DNA of 64,000 nucleotides, taken from contig CM075986.1 in NCBI GenBank assembly GCA_038087875.1, positions 17,608,001 through 17,672,000 on the forward strand, given 5' to 3'. A program made the position numbers and the translations under genes. This stretch comes from Malacoraja senta (taxonomy: Eukaryota). Below are positions 1 through 14,472 of this stretch, piece after piece. Every line of letters begins with the position of its first letter. Position 1 is the stretch's first letter. Below the pieces are notes generated by a model. It saw only the letters and a program-made list of their open reading frames with translations, searched no databases and was not told the DNA's origin.

Positions 1-206
1 GCCATCAATAGTGGAAATGATGTTGATACAGCAGTGCCAGGCATCTGAAATAGTTCGGATGCAAGTAATCTGTATGCAGCCTGCTCAATCCATCAACTCA
101 CAAAAACTGGCAATACGCTATTGCCATGCAAGTGCATTGCGACTCAGGATCTCGGCAAGCCAAAAACTAATTAACAAATAGAAATGCAATGCAAAAGCCC
201 AAATTA

Positions 207-317
<111 letters not shown>

Positions 318-650
318 CTAAAACAATACAATATTATTAAAAAATGAAAGTAGCTAACCAGTGTTTTGCAGAAATAAACTATGAAATTGCCTTAGCAAGT
401 TTAAAAAGCCAAATAACCACTGATCCTGATTATTGATCAACGCTTGCTGTATATTAATTCTACGTTAAGGTGATGCTTGATATTAAGCGGTGTACTAACA
501 ATGACAACTTGTAAATATGAAACAAAAGGACATTTAATCATAATTTCAAAAGCCTCAGACAAAAATGGTGTAGAAAATAAATCTAGTGCATTTGGAAGTA
601 AACATATTTCCCATTAAAACAAATGTGTGGTAGCAGTAACTTTGCAAATA

Positions 651-1246
651 CAGTAAACTCGTTATAACAGACCATGGGGAGAGGGGAATGGTATCCGTTA
701 TTGTTGATTATCCGCTATAATTAAGAACGGGGGGGTAAATATTAACTAGTTGAACGCAAAGCCGGGTGAGAAGCATGGGGCTGAGGGGGGTTAAACCAGG
801 GGGACATTTAAAGGCTGGGGAGCCCACAGAGCTACACACAGTGTAGCAGGGACATGCCTGTACTCGCGCTGCCTTCATGCTGCTCACTCTCTCTGCTCCC
901 GCAATAGGAAGCATGCCTGGGGGTCTGCTCGTTTGGTAACCTGGCGGAAGCGGTCTAAGGGGAGACTCGTGCCGTTACCAGGCAGCCGGGGCACATGTTG
1001 CTGGGGCGACACAGGTGCAGTGGCGTGTGCTGCGTCTGCATCTAACACCCCGGGCAAAGCCGTGCCCAACGCAACGCTCTTCAAGAGTGTTTTACAATTT
1101 GAACTCCGCCCGCCGCTGCCTTTCTGCTGCCCAACGCCACGCGTTGTCCGCCAACTACCACCACGAATGGACACCTTGGTCCGCTAGAACTGAAATCCGT
1201 TAACCAGTGTGATTAAAATATTAACTGTGGATGTTAAAGTTAACTG
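651..1246. mobile_element. Probable Tc1/mariner (Tigger-like) non-autonomous element
   Basis: TA|CAGTAAACTCGTTATAAC start, ...AACTG|TA end, GC-rich interior. Confidence 0.45.
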
Positions 1247-1321
1247 TATTTGAACAGAGCTGTAAAATAGATAATGAAAATGCGGCTTCTTTAAAAAAAA
1301 GCCTTTAAAATTTCTACCTAC

Positions 1322-1369
1322 ATCACTACTTGCTCTCCCTCCATTTCCACACCTCTGCTCTCTCAGTGT
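1322..1369 (-). CDS. STAT3: STAT3 exon 14 (TLREQRCGNGGRASSD)
   Basis: 48 nt, polyT-CTTCTAG acceptor, GTAGGT donor. Confidence 0.96.
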
Positions 1370-2104
1370 CTAGAAGAAAAAAAAATAACTCATTAGCCCA
1401 CTTAATTGTGACTTGGAAGTCAAATGTACTGCAGTTTCAGTTTGCGTGTTAAAGAAGTAGAAGTGGCAAATACTGGTGAAGAGATTCTGTTAATTACTGT
1501 TGTTTAATCACAAAATAAAAATGCAAGCCAGTGGCAAGGTTAGAACTTAATTATAAATAACAAGTTTATTTTCATAAACATAAAGAGCCAAAATAGGGTC
1601 TTTAGGCCACAATCAGGTATTTATCGATATGAATCACACTTGGTCACACATCCTTATGGCAATTCAAGCACTCATCCAGAGTTTAAGGATGGGAGTTTGG
1701 TGGTATCTGGGAAACATTTTTTTTAATTAAGTGCTCATCCAGTTACTTCATTAAAAAAATGTTTCCCAGATCCCACCTAACTCTTGTCCTTAAACCCATG
1801 TCCTCTGGTTTTAGATGTCTCCATTATGAGAAAATTGTCTCACTGTATGCCATTCAAATGAGTTGGTTATCCTTTAAATTGCATTCGAGGGTAATACAAA
1901 GAGCTGTACATTACATTGAGAAAAGTGACTTAATATATTTCATAACCTTTATGCACTACCATTACTTTGTAGCGAACTAGAAGAAGGCTTCACCAGACAA
2001 GTATAATTGGTCTAACTACCATATTACAGTAATGTATTAATTGTATCAAAAATAAACACAGCAGAAAATGCAGAATTCCAGTTTTATACACATTGGCATG
2101 AATG

Positions 2105-2397
2105 TTTAGTTTAGTTTAGAGATACAGAGCGGAAACCACCGAGTCCGTACCGACTAGTGATCCCCGTACACTAACACGATCCTACACACACTAGGGACAA
2201 TTTACATTTATACCAAACCAATTAACCTACAAGCCTGTACGTCTTGGAGTGTGGGAGGAAACCGAAGATCTCAGAGATAACCCACTCGGTCACGGGGAGA
2301 ATGTACGAACACCGTACAGACAGCGCCCGTAGTCAGGATCGAACCCGGGTCTCTGGCGCTGCAAGGTAGCAACTCAACCGCTGCGCTACCATGCTGC
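2105..2397 (-). mobile_element. tRNA-derived V-SINE (HE1-like) with CR1-type 3' tail
   Basis: Box B GGTTCGATCC on the minus strand, V-domain (TTCTCCCCGTG...TTTCCTCCCACACTCCAAG), (CTAAA)n tail. Confidence 0.85.
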
Positions 2398-2407
2398 TCC
2401 AGAGTTA

Positions 2408-2677
<270 letters not shown>

Positions 2678-2922
2678 TTAAGCTGGTATTCTTCTAGGTC
2701 TTTCTCCAGAACTAATTTGTCCTCATGTTTTGTGCTTGTGAAGAACCTTCTTCAGTTAACCCACCAGATCAAAATAAACTCCATCACATGCAATTTATAA
2801 TAGATCATGTGTTCCTCTATCTATCCTGCTTGTTGTACTAATAATTCAGGAAGCATGTCTACTTAAAATCTACAGTTTTAAAAGCTTGGAGAAATGTTGC
2901 ATTTTAATGCAGATTTCTTGTA

Positions 2923-4512
2923 CAGGTACGCGACAGTATTTCTGGAAACTGATGGCACCTCCTTTAATCAGGACAAAATTACGAGAGCACACTTGAAATC
3001 ATCCCCAGAAGTCCTCCTGAAAATGTGGCGCTTAAGCCGTGTGAGGCTGCCAATCTCGTCGGGACTTCCTATCGTTGGGTCCAATTTACTCCCTGCACAG
3101 CCAGGGCTCTGGAACTCCAACCCGGCCAGATACGGGAAACTGTTCCCATAGCTGTCTTCCGTGGAAGACATTGCGGGCCAGTATCTTGGCCCCCTGGCAG
3201 CCTAGGAAGACCGTTCCAGTACCATTTGACTCCTCTGGTTCCTGCAGTCCGGCCTGCTTCTGACTGCAGGAATGGCGGGTGCACCGGCCCTACTGCATTT
3301 TTGGCAGATTCGGCAAATCTCGGCGGTGGCTGGTAATCCTGCTGGGAAAGCGGCACCTCGACCCTGCGGGCCCACCGATCCGACCCACATCTGGACTTCC
3401 GAGGGAAATTCGTTAAACGGAGCATGGGCTACGGTGGGCGGCGCGACTCTCGTCAGCAGCGGCCTCTGCAGTCCGTCTGTCTTTTTATTATTTTTGTCTC
3501 GTTTCTATGTAGTTTTTATTATTTATTTCTTTGTCGGGGTATGTGTGTGGGGGGGTGGGGGTGGGGGGGGGAAACTTTAAAATCTTTCCCCTGCACGGGA
3601 GACCCGACCTTTTCTTTGTCGGGTCTCCGTTGTCGTTGGGGCTGGGCAACGTGGAGCGGCCTCCAGCAGGAACGACCTGGGGCTCCAGTTGCGGAGCTGC
3701 GGACTACTCACCGTCACGGGGCTGGCCGAGTCCGGAGCGGGTGGAGCTGTGGTGGAGCGGTGTTGCGACCCGACCCCCGGAGATTCGGAGGCTACAACCG
3801 CGGGTCTGGCGGACGGCAACACCGGAAGCCCGCAGGTCCCTGGTGGGAGACCGCTTTTCGGGGCTTCCGCAGCGGTGACTTCTCCCGCCCGAGTTGCGGG
3901 GTTGAAGAGCACCTGGAGCGGGGCTTTACATCACCGCCCCGCGCGGCTTAGAATTGCCGCGGGACTTTTCGAGCGCGTGCCGGGGCTCTTACACCAAGAC
4001 CCGGTGCGCGACCTTGCATCACCCGGCGCGGCTTTAATGGCCGCGGGACAATCACCATCGCCCGCCGGGGGCTTTGACTTTGACATCGGGGGGGGGGGGG
4101 GGGCGGGAGTGCAGTGGAGAGATACAGTTTTTTTGCCTTCCATCACAGCGCTGTGATGGATGTATGTGTAAATTGTGTTGTGTCTCGGGTCCTTTTCGTT
4201 TTGTAATGTATGGCTGCAGAAACGACATTTCGTTTGGACCTCAACGGGGTCCGAATGACAAATAAATTGTATTGTATTGTATTGTACCCGTGCAAGAAAT
4301 GCAAGTTTCACTGTAAACCTAATTTACCTTCAATATTTGTTTTATTAAAGGTTTTTGCAGTTCATGGTGCTTTTGAGACACAAGAGGGGTATAATTAGTG
4401 GGTCTGTGGTGTATTGTTGAATTATTATTACATGACCTCTCTTGGTCCATCAAAACGGTAACCCGGCAAGTCTCTGGAACCAAGGGTGCCAGAAAAATCG
4501 GTGGTGGGCCTG
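2923..4512. mobile_element. TA-flanked TcMar-type non-autonomous DNA element, interrupted by a GC-rich retroelement
   Basis: TA|CAGGTACGCGACAGTATTTCTGG versus CCAGAAAAATCGGTGGTGGGCCTG|TA, imperfect TIRs. Confidence 0.5.
3430..4286 (+). mobile_element. GC-rich non-autonomous LINE-derived element with stem-loop and (ATTGT)n tail
   Basis: Ends ...GGACCTCAACGGGGTCCGAATGACAAATAAA(TTGTA)n; architecture shared with the elements at 13503 and 41818. Confidence 0.75.
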
Positions 4513-4540
4513 TATTTATACTACAGCAAAACTCGAATGT

Positions 4541-5204
4541 TGTTGAGCTGGGTGTGGATTTTCCAGACTTAGGATATTATGTCCAATTAATCCCCAAATA
4601 CAGGTTGCTTTCACTTTTTGTTTTAAACATACACATTACACAATGCAATACATTTTCTGGTGAAACAGTTGAACGTGAATTCTAGCTCCCTCGGTGTCCT
4701 GACCAGCAGCTCTGGCTGAATGTATTAAAATGCACCCTGTGTGCACTAAATGTTATGGTTGCCATGCAATGGAGGTGATAGTTGGTATTATATTTGAATT
4801 AGCAGCTGTAGAACTAGATTGGGATTTTAAAATCAACCTGTGTAGCAATTGTGAAATTTGAAAGTTATCAACATAGTACTCAAACTTCCAGACACAAAAT
4901 TCATGGGTAAAACTCCGATAATCCGGCATCTGTTTGTTCAGCATCCTGCTGGGCCAGCATCAAGCTCAGTCATTCATCCAGAAAGTAAGCTTGTCTGCTC
5001 ACCGAGCACGAGAGACATGCAGCCAGAGCTACAGGTTCAGGACACCGAGGGAACTAGAATTCCAGTTCAACTGTTTCACCTGAAAATTTATTACATCGTG
5101 TAGCGTGTATGTAAAAAAAGTGAAACCAAACTGTATTTGTGGATTCATTGGGCATTATATCCCAAGTCTGGAAAATCCACTCACCCAGCTCAACCAACTT
5201 TAGT
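4541..5204. repeat. About 190-bp inverted repeat pair (4541-4733 and 5016-5204), probably a MITE
   Basis: GTTGAGCTGGGTGTGGATTTTCCAGACTT versus AAGTCTGGAAAATCCACTCACCCAGCTCAAC; TA-CAG...CTG-TA outer ends. Confidence 0.7.
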
Positions 5205-5544
5205 GCTTCACTGTAATTTAAATATAATAATTCTACATTAAAATGCAACATTTCACCAAGCATTTGAAGTAGACATGCGTTGTGGAATATTATTACCATC
5301 AGGATACTGGAATTGCACAACAGGCAAAAGGAAAGGCCAGATCACTACTCATCTTACCAAAGAGCCAGCTAACATAGTAAAGCAATTTAAATCTTACTTG
5401 CTCGTTGTGTAAACAAATTTGATTCTTATTTTTAGCCTGGAGTATAGATTGCCTACCATGTATACCTATGCCCTGGTCAGACGAACAGGTGTACATGGTA
5501 GGTCATCTGTACAACACAGTTGTAAGCATTTTGTAGGATTTCCA

Positions 5545-6055
5545 CCAAGGCCTGCTGGATCTCCTGGTGCTAATCATTTTAACTTCCCTTCCCATACTGA
5601 TCTTTCTGTCCTGGGCCTCCTCCATTGCCAGAGTGAGGCCACACACAAACTGGAGGAACAGCACTTCATATCCTGCTTAGGACCCAATAGTATGAACATT
5701 GAATTCTCCTACTTAAGGTAACAACCTACTAACAATCCCCATCTAATTTCCTACATCCCACCTAGATTTTCATCCATTTCTCTCCCCAGCCTATATTCTT
5801 TCCACTGGCTTTACAATTTGCACCTCTCCTATCCTTGTCTCACTCTTTTTGTCCCTTCATCTCTGGGCCTTGTCCAGGCATCTATCTAACAACCACACCT
5901 CTCCCTCCCCTTCCGCTCACCTGTATACACTTATCACTTGCCAGGCTTTATCCTTCCCCCATTATCAGCCTGGAGAAGGCCCCCCCAAGAAACATCACCT
6001 ATTCATGGTACCCAGAGATGTTGACTGACCCACTAAGTTACTCCAGCACTGCATC
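5545..6055 (+). mobile_element. Penelope-like element 3' remnant (ORF C-terminus plus pLTR)
   Basis: ANHFNFPSHTDLSVLGLLHCQSEATHKLEEQH...GPNSMNIEFS resembles the GIY-YIG C-terminus of chondrichthyan Penelope elements; a degenerate pLTR follows. Confidence 0.75.
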
Positions 6056-6215
6056 TATTGTAGAAGGTTAATTGCCAGTTCCATAACATCTTACATCTGC
6101 TCATGATACAATAAATTTGCAACTCGGTGGAAAGTATAAGGAATAGTTTATTAGAAAGACTCAAAATATATTAACCAACATAAAATGAAGTTATAAAAGG
6201 AAAAGAAAATCTCAC

Positions 6216-6245
6216 CCCCTCAACGTAGAACCATCTCCAGAATCC
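6216..6245 (-). CDS. STAT3: STAT3 exon 12, 30-nt micro-exon (DSGDGSTLRG)
   Basis: TTTCAG acceptor, GTGAGA donor; size and phase match human DSGDVAALRG. Confidence 0.92.
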
Positions 6246-7152
6246 CTGAAACAAGATAGACAGACATCATTAGAGTAGTTATTCTGATAAGATCTGTGCT
6301 GTTATAAATTCAGTGGAAATTGAATGATAAAGTAAAGGATATTCTTTTGTAATTTGGAATGCATGAAGCAGTTTTCTTCTCTTCTCTCTCTTCAAACTCC
6401 TCCCCTCCACAAAAGGGAAAAACAAGCAAAGCTTATGTAACTTCACCTTGTCTCACACTCCAATCCTTATCATTTGCACTGTACTACTTCTCACATAAAT
6501 ACACCTTTGCAAAGGTGCTCTTTCCAATATTCCACACAGCACTCTAGCTATACTTTAAGGCTCTGTAAAAGTGACCTACAGATCACTCTCTTTTGTAGTC
6601 CAGCCCGTTGAATTAAGTCTATTAGCCATTCAACCGCAGAGGTCTAGGTCAGCTAGGTGACTTTACCTTGAACAATAAACAACACCAATTAATTTGTGGT
6701 AATGTTTTCAAGCACTGACCTCAAGTAGTTCAGTCTATAACCGCAACACGCTTCCAAATACCATGTAGTGGAAACATTTTAAAGTTACATCAATAGACTG
6801 ATGCTATATTACTTAGATGCTGCTGGGAAATAAAGTTTAATGTTTCATTGTCCCTTGACAAATGAAACTGAAAACATGGTATACAAGTCAGACTTGGGGA
6901 CCATTAGCATTGATAAGTGTGCGGTGTACAGGGAGATTGCCAGATAAAATGCATGTACTATCATTTAAAAAAATATGGCATACTAATTTTGTATTAAAAA
7001 AAATAATATATACTTTTGGGTAAAAAAAAAGGAATTGTGCTCTTATAGTGGAAAAACTCATCTGTTAGAAAATACAGTACCAAATATTCCACGCAAAATC
7101 TATACATCCAGAATTAACACTATGGTTTAGTTTGTACTTCATTTGTACTCAC

Positions 7153-7212
7153 TTGTCAATGGCAACCTTGATCTTTAGCTGATAATTTAACTCCGGAAAC
7201 TTAACAAGCAAC
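7153..7212 (-). CDS. STAT3: STAT3 exon 11 (LLVKFPELNYQLKIKVAIDK)
   Basis: 60 nt, TCTCAG acceptor, GTGAGT donor. Confidence 0.97.
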
Positions 7213-9541
7213 CTGAGAACAGAAAGTATATATTATATGTACTGTAAAAGACTAAAGCACAAATGTAATTGCTGCATTATATGCTCAAAGATGACAAAGG
7301 GCATCAGGCGTTATGGTGAGAAGGTAGGGGAATGGGGTTAGTAGGGAGAGATAGATCAGCCATAATTGAATAGCGGAGTAGCAATGATGAGCCAAATGGC
7401 CTAATTCTGCTATCACTTTTGACCTTATGACATATTGTGGTCTATTTGCAGGAAACCTTTTAGCAAATAATGGTGCAGGAAATGACTCACTGCAGTGATA
7501 ACATCTTGAGGGAAATTTCCTCACAGAAGGACCAAATTAATCAAGGCTGCTAAGTCTACTTGCAACACCTTATTTAAATAATCATAGTGTCATTTTCACC
7601 TCATTAAAGCAATTTTACCTGCCAACGGATGTATAGTCTGATAATTTGACATGTCCCAAGCATTTCAAAACAAGACTGGTACATGAAATCCATTCAAAGA
7701 GCACATCAATTGCCAATAACATGTTCGGCATTCCCTTGGGATTGAAGATGACTTGCTTCTATTCTGGTCAGAGGTAGCTAATGAGGGCAAAACGAGAACC
7801 ACAGACTCGTCCACCGTTGGAACAGGTGACGGGCAAGATGGGACATTCCTTCTGCTGTTTACACAGGGTTTCTGCATGCTCAGGAAACACTACCCAGGGG
7901 TTCTCAATACCATCCTAAATAATCCTCCATTTTGACCAGCCAAGTGGCACAGGTTCCATGTTTGTTGCTCGGGCAGCTAGCATTATTTTTGCATAGAGTG
8001 TGAGCTATTTTACCTGCATTGATTCAGACACAAACCAGCATATGGCATGAAGATTATTGTTGTAATTCCACTATTGAATTATTGGTTAAAGCAGTGTTTC
8101 AAACTTTTGAATCCTTTTGCAGTTTAAACCCACCGATTATTTAGAACTATATTTTTATAATTTCTGCACAGATCTGTAGATATCTTTGTAAACATGCTTT
8201 TGCTGAATTAGAAGGAATGATTTTACTTTCCTGCGAATTATGTTGTTAATAAATGTGCAAATGATTTACAGTGTTAGTGGCAATTTCAGCATTATCCTTC
8301 AGGGCTCTCGTCAATGGTTGCAAGATCTTTTGAATAGACCACCACAAAAATTGGATACCCTCTCAATAGTGCCAATGTTTCATCTAATTCATGCAGAATG
8401 GGTGGACAGCCCTGTATCTAAACATCAAATTAAAAACACTAGCACATCCAACAACACACCAATGCCAGCAACGCAATGAAGTACTGAATTACATCTCTGC
8501 TTCAAGTGATGACTAGAACATAAAAACCAGGCCTGTTATTCTGCCCGTCACATCTGATCCAACATTCAATAATGTTGCCGCTTAAACACTACTCTCCTAC
8601 ATTACTTCAACATCTCTGAAAATCTCTTGGTTAGTCTTCTTCGCATGCACAGCAACTGGGCCTCCACAGTCCTCTAGAATGGCCCTTTATTTTGAGACAG
8701 TGACCTCTGGTTCAAGAGTATGTTTACACTGGTTAGTGTAAATATCAACTCTAGAAAATTCAGAGTACAGGCCTTGTCGGTTTATCTTTCATCCCATGAA
8801 AAATCCCGCTACCCCAGAAAATCAACCTAGTGGGCCTTCACACCACCCTCTCTCTCAGTCACAACTGTACATAATGTTTCAGATGCAATCTTACCAGACC
8901 TCTACATAGATGGAGAAGGACATTTCTACTCTTGCAGTCAAATTAAATCTTCATGCAAAAGGCATCAATGCATTTTTGGCCCTCCTAACCGTTGCTGAAC
9001 CTGCATTTTCCCTTGCAGTGAACAAGGACACCCAGGTCCCTCTGATTACAAACACCTTTCAGGCTCTCATCATTAAAAAAAACATTTCCATTCTGCTTGA
9101 ATCTCAATTTCCAGAAAATGAGATTACTACTGAGACAACTCAATTGCATGTCAGAAATTATGTGAAATGTTTGGATATTCAGTGATGACATTTAGCAGAA
9201 CTCAGTATTTTTATTTTAAAATGTCACGACACTACAATTCCAACTCAATTTTAAAAATGTATTAAAGATGACCAATTAGCAATCAACCACAATAAAAGAA
9301 CTGATCATCTAATAATCAGTCTGATCAGTCTGAAGAAGGTTATCGACCCGAAATGTCACCTATTCCTTTGCTCCATAGATGCTGCCTCACCCGCTGAGTT
9401 TGTCCAGTATTTTTGTCTACCTTCGATTTTTTCAGCATCTGCAGTTCCTTCATAAACATCCAATAATTCAGATGTGTATTCTGCCAGAACAACCTACAAT
9501 GCTTTTGTAGGAGTGCATTGGCATGTTTGTTTTATTACTTA

Positions 9542-9652
<111 letters not shown>

Positions 9653-10046
9653 TCAGCAAACATGCAGGTAGTTTTTTTTAAGACACAGAAAGCAGTGAAA
9701 CATAGAACACATTGCATGGGGTGGTGGTGGAGGCAGATACAATAGTGACATTTAAACGGCTTCACATGGAAGTGCAGGGAATAGAGTGATATGGAACATG
9801 TACAGCTGATGAGGTCAACTTAACTTTGTGTTCGGCACAAACATTGTGGGCCTTAGGGCCCATTCCTGTGCTGTTCTATGTTCTAAATCCAGTTTTAAGT
9901 AGTTACGGAGTATTAACTACAATTATAAGGGGCATTGAATTACATTATAGTTTTCCGTAAATGAATGTCATTTCTCACTAATTGGTCTTTATAAATAATG
10001 GAACTAAATTGGATTCACAAATGGCATAGAATAATGGCAGTTACTA

Positions 10047-10358
<312 letters not shown>

Positions 10359-11017
10359 TTACTGTACAAAAAAAATAGTAAAATCCTGCAGATGCTGGAA
10401 ATCTGAAACAAAAGAAATGTATGCAGGTCAGGAAACATCTGCGTTTAAAGGTTATTGACCAAAGCATTCATTTAATTTCTTCCTCCACATTCTTACTTTC
10501 CAGCTTTCTAGATTGTTCTAGGACTTTGCTGAAGACTGAACTGTAACATTTAGCAGAGAGTGACATACAGATCAGACAACTACATAAACAAAGAAGAAAA
10601 CCCCATTTTGCATTCAAATTCGATTCCCTTTTGTCCACAAAATATCAGTATGTGCTGATATCTTTGATATTAATGCAACAAATCCTAATAATAAAGCAGT
10701 TCATTTAGTACCATCAACTAAATAGTTCACATTGTACAATCAACTAAGTAAATTACTTTCCAGTTGAATTTCAATTTGGAATAGATTTCTAGAAGTTTCA
10801 AAAAGGTTACTGCAACCCTCGCCAAATATGGGAAAATATGCAGCATATAAGCAAGGGATGGCCTACCATTGGCAAGAAAACAAAATATTAAGTGCTTAGA
10901 TGTCTTAATTTCAATCCCACATTATGCATCCCAGCAATCATTTGAGCTACAGCTGACTCTACTGAATTTCATTATCATATTAGAGAAGAATGTATTTTCA
11001 AATTGTAAATTGATTTA

Positions 11018-11191
<174 letters not shown>

Positions 11192-11307
11192 TTACGATAA
11201 GAATTATGATAAATTTAAAAAGGTGTAAGAAACAGTTTAGAATAAGCACATAATCTACATGGGAATCAGTTTCTACACATCTCGTCATCCACACAGAATA
11301 CACTTTA

Positions 11308-11424
<117 letters not shown>

Positions 11425-11530
11425 TTAGAACAACGTTTTATCTGCCCAGCGTGTGATGCTTAATTATTTTCTGTTTACAATGTCTGGATAAATTACTTTG
11501 CTACAATGAATCTTTTTAAACCAGTCTTCA

Positions 11531-11653
<123 letters not shown>

Positions 11654-12613
11654 TTACATTTGCTATAATACGATAATTTGTAAAGTTAACAACACCAAAC
11701 AAATTTCAAAGAACATTTTTTTCTGAACCTTTTGGATTAAATTAGTCAGAATCATAGTTGTACAGCATGGAATTAGGCACTTTGGCCCAACTTATCCATG
11801 CAATGCGAGATACCCCATCCAAGCTAGTCCTGTATCCCTCTAAACCTTTCCTATGTGTTATGCCTTAAAACTAATTTTTAAGAGAAAGGCCACACTTTGA
11901 GAATATTGTGTGCTTGGGAGCACAGATCTCAGCAGGTAAACAGAAGTGTAAGTATACTGAACAATAACAGAGCACCCGAGTGCTGAATGGTAAACCCAAG
12001 CCGTCAGTTTGTGACATTAGATGAGAATTCCCGTCCAAAACTATTAAAGTTTTTGTAAGCAATCATATTGCCTTGCTTGGCAGACCTGAATGACCACAGC
12101 AAATATGCAGGCTTAAAAGGACAGACAGTAATCTAATGAAAATAGTTTTGTAAAAACAAAATTAGCAAATACAATATGCAAGCACTCAAACTAACAGTTG
12201 CAGAGAACAGCAAAAACCATCTCTGAACATAGAACAGTGCTGCACTGGGACAGCACCGTTGGCCCACAACATCTGTGCCCAACATGCCAAGACTAACTCT
12301 TATCTGCTTGCATATGCTCCATATCCCTCAATTCCCTGCATATCCATATGCCTATCCAGAAGCCACTTAAATCTCACTATCTGCATCCAACAGCATCTGC
12401 ACTCAAATGCCTCATATAAACACAAAGAATTCTACAATCAATTCAAATTTATGCAAGGTCCTTTTTACCATAATTCAATAAATTTCTACATAACAACCAC
12501 TCATCCTTCTGGGATCATAATTTTTAAACAATGATATTTAGAGCAAATGGTGATTTATTTACTGCCATATCCTCAGTTCTAAGAAATGCAGAGGACAACT
12601 CAAATGAACTTGC

Positions 12614-12706
12614 CTGAACTCTTTTCCGTACATCCTGTAGATTATCTTCAAGAATACGTTGCTTCTCTGTTACGACAGAACTGTGCTGTGGCAACTGCCC
12701 AGCTTG
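12614..12706 (-). CDS. STAT3: STAT3 exon 5 (QAGQLPQHSSVVTEKQRILEDNLQDVRKRVQ), GC donor
   Basis: Manual translation matches VVTEKQ...LQDVRKRVQ. 93 nt, acceptor TTTTATAG, donor CAG|GCAAGT. Confidence 0.94.
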
Positions 12707-12964
12707 CTATAAAAGGAAATAAATGTAAATTCAAGCAGCACGAAAGGCAGACACAAGACACCTGTGGCAGCAGGTTTCAGGTACCCACGCCCCTTTATAT
12801 TAAAAACCCTTTCCACCTAAAAGCTATGCCCTCTAGTATTTGATATTTTCATCCTGGGATAACAGTTCTGATTGATCATGACTATGTTCCTTTTCATTTC
12901 CCCAATGTCAGTAGAACAATGAATGCTGTGCTGAAGAATGTGGGTACTACGATTTATATTACTA

Positions 12965-13186
<222 letters not shown>

Positions 13187-13502
13187 TCAAAAAACAATGG
13201 CAATCAATGAAGAATTGCCATTCACTATTTTGGTTGTTTAACCAATTTTTTTTAACAAGACGGCCACAATTGACACATGACTTTAAAACCAATGAAAAAA
13301 GTTAAGTGAAAATCATTCATAGGATCAATTATAACAGTAGGAAATTCGTAATGGACTTTTCCATATCAAACCCGAGACAATTGATAAACATAACCTTATG
13401 AACATTTTAAAGTGACTGGCATTCTGAACAGGGAACACCACAATTTTAATTACCCAAACTTAACCTGTCACCTTCTCAAATAAATGGAATTACTTACATA
13501 CA

Positions 13503-14470
13503 GTGGAGGAGGAGCTATCTTGGGGAACAGCTGCTAACCAGCAGCCGTCCGTTAAATTCACTTTTTAACTTAATTTTTAGGGGGGTTTTCTTGTTTTTTG
13601 TCTATGGGGAATTTTGACTTTTAATGTGGGGGGGTAAGGGGGAAACTATTTCTAGGTCCCTACCTGGTCGGTGAGGCAGCTTTTTCTCCGGGCTGCCCCG
13701 TCGACCCGTCCTTGCGGCCTACCAGCGGGCGTGGAGCGGCGTTTCCTGGCGGGGTCTGCCCAGCACCTTCAGCTTCGGTGGCGGCACAGCGCTGGAGCGC
13801 TATCGCGGAGCGGGCGATGCCTTGCCTGGGACGCCGCGCTGGAGCTCCAGTGAGCTCGACCGCCGAGCTCAACACCTCCGGGCTGCGGGACTGCGGAGCG
13901 GCCAGCCGCGGGCGGTGGCGCCGACCCTAACATCGGGAGCCTCGGAGCTCCAAATCGGCGCGGCCTTGTTGGCTTCAGGTGCCACGGACTCCGGTAGGAA
14001 ATCTGCCGCTCCAGGTGGCCCAGCCGCTGCGAGGACTCTCCCGACGCCGGGACAACAACACCCGGTGAGAACGGCCAGAAACATCGGGCCTCCGTAGAGG
14101 CAACTGTGGAGGCCTCAATAGGCCTGACTTTGGGTGAACTGGGGTTGGGGACTGGACATTGTGCCTTCCCCCACAGTGGTAATCATTGTGGGGGGATGAT
14201 TTTTGTGTGTAAATGATATTTTATGTCCAAGATGGCTGCCGGAAGGGTGTGGACGCTGGCGCGCTTTAGCAGCCGCTGCTCTCTCTTCCATATTGTGTTT
14301 TTGATTTTTGTTTTTGGATTGAATTCTCTCTTTAATTTGTGTACTCGTGATGTCTTTACTATTTATTTCATTCCGCTTACGTTTCTACTATTTGTTAAAC
14401 TTTGTAAGGTGTCCTTGAGACTTTTGGAAGGCGCCCATAAATAAAATTTATTATTATATTATTATTATTA
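13503..14470 (+). mobile_element. GC-rich LINE-derived non-autonomous element with L2-type tail
   Basis: Body homologous to the 41818 element; tail TGTAAGGTGTCCTTGAG...GGCGCCCATAAATAAAA(TTA)n. Confidence 0.75.
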
Positions 14471-14472
14471 TA

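Noticed and set aside
2330-2397. tRNA gene (box A/B-like sequence; also near 55664 and 39970)
   Set aside because: These are heads of tRNA-derived V-SINEs, continuous with SINE body and tail; no full cloverleaf is evident.
3272-4311. Overlapping 100-175 aa ORFs in GC-rich DNA (also 13660-14097, 40556-41196, 41890-42506 and 43042-43755)
   Set aside because: They lie inside GC-rich non-autonomous repeats, are open in many frames because stop codons are scarce, and resemble no protein family I recognise.
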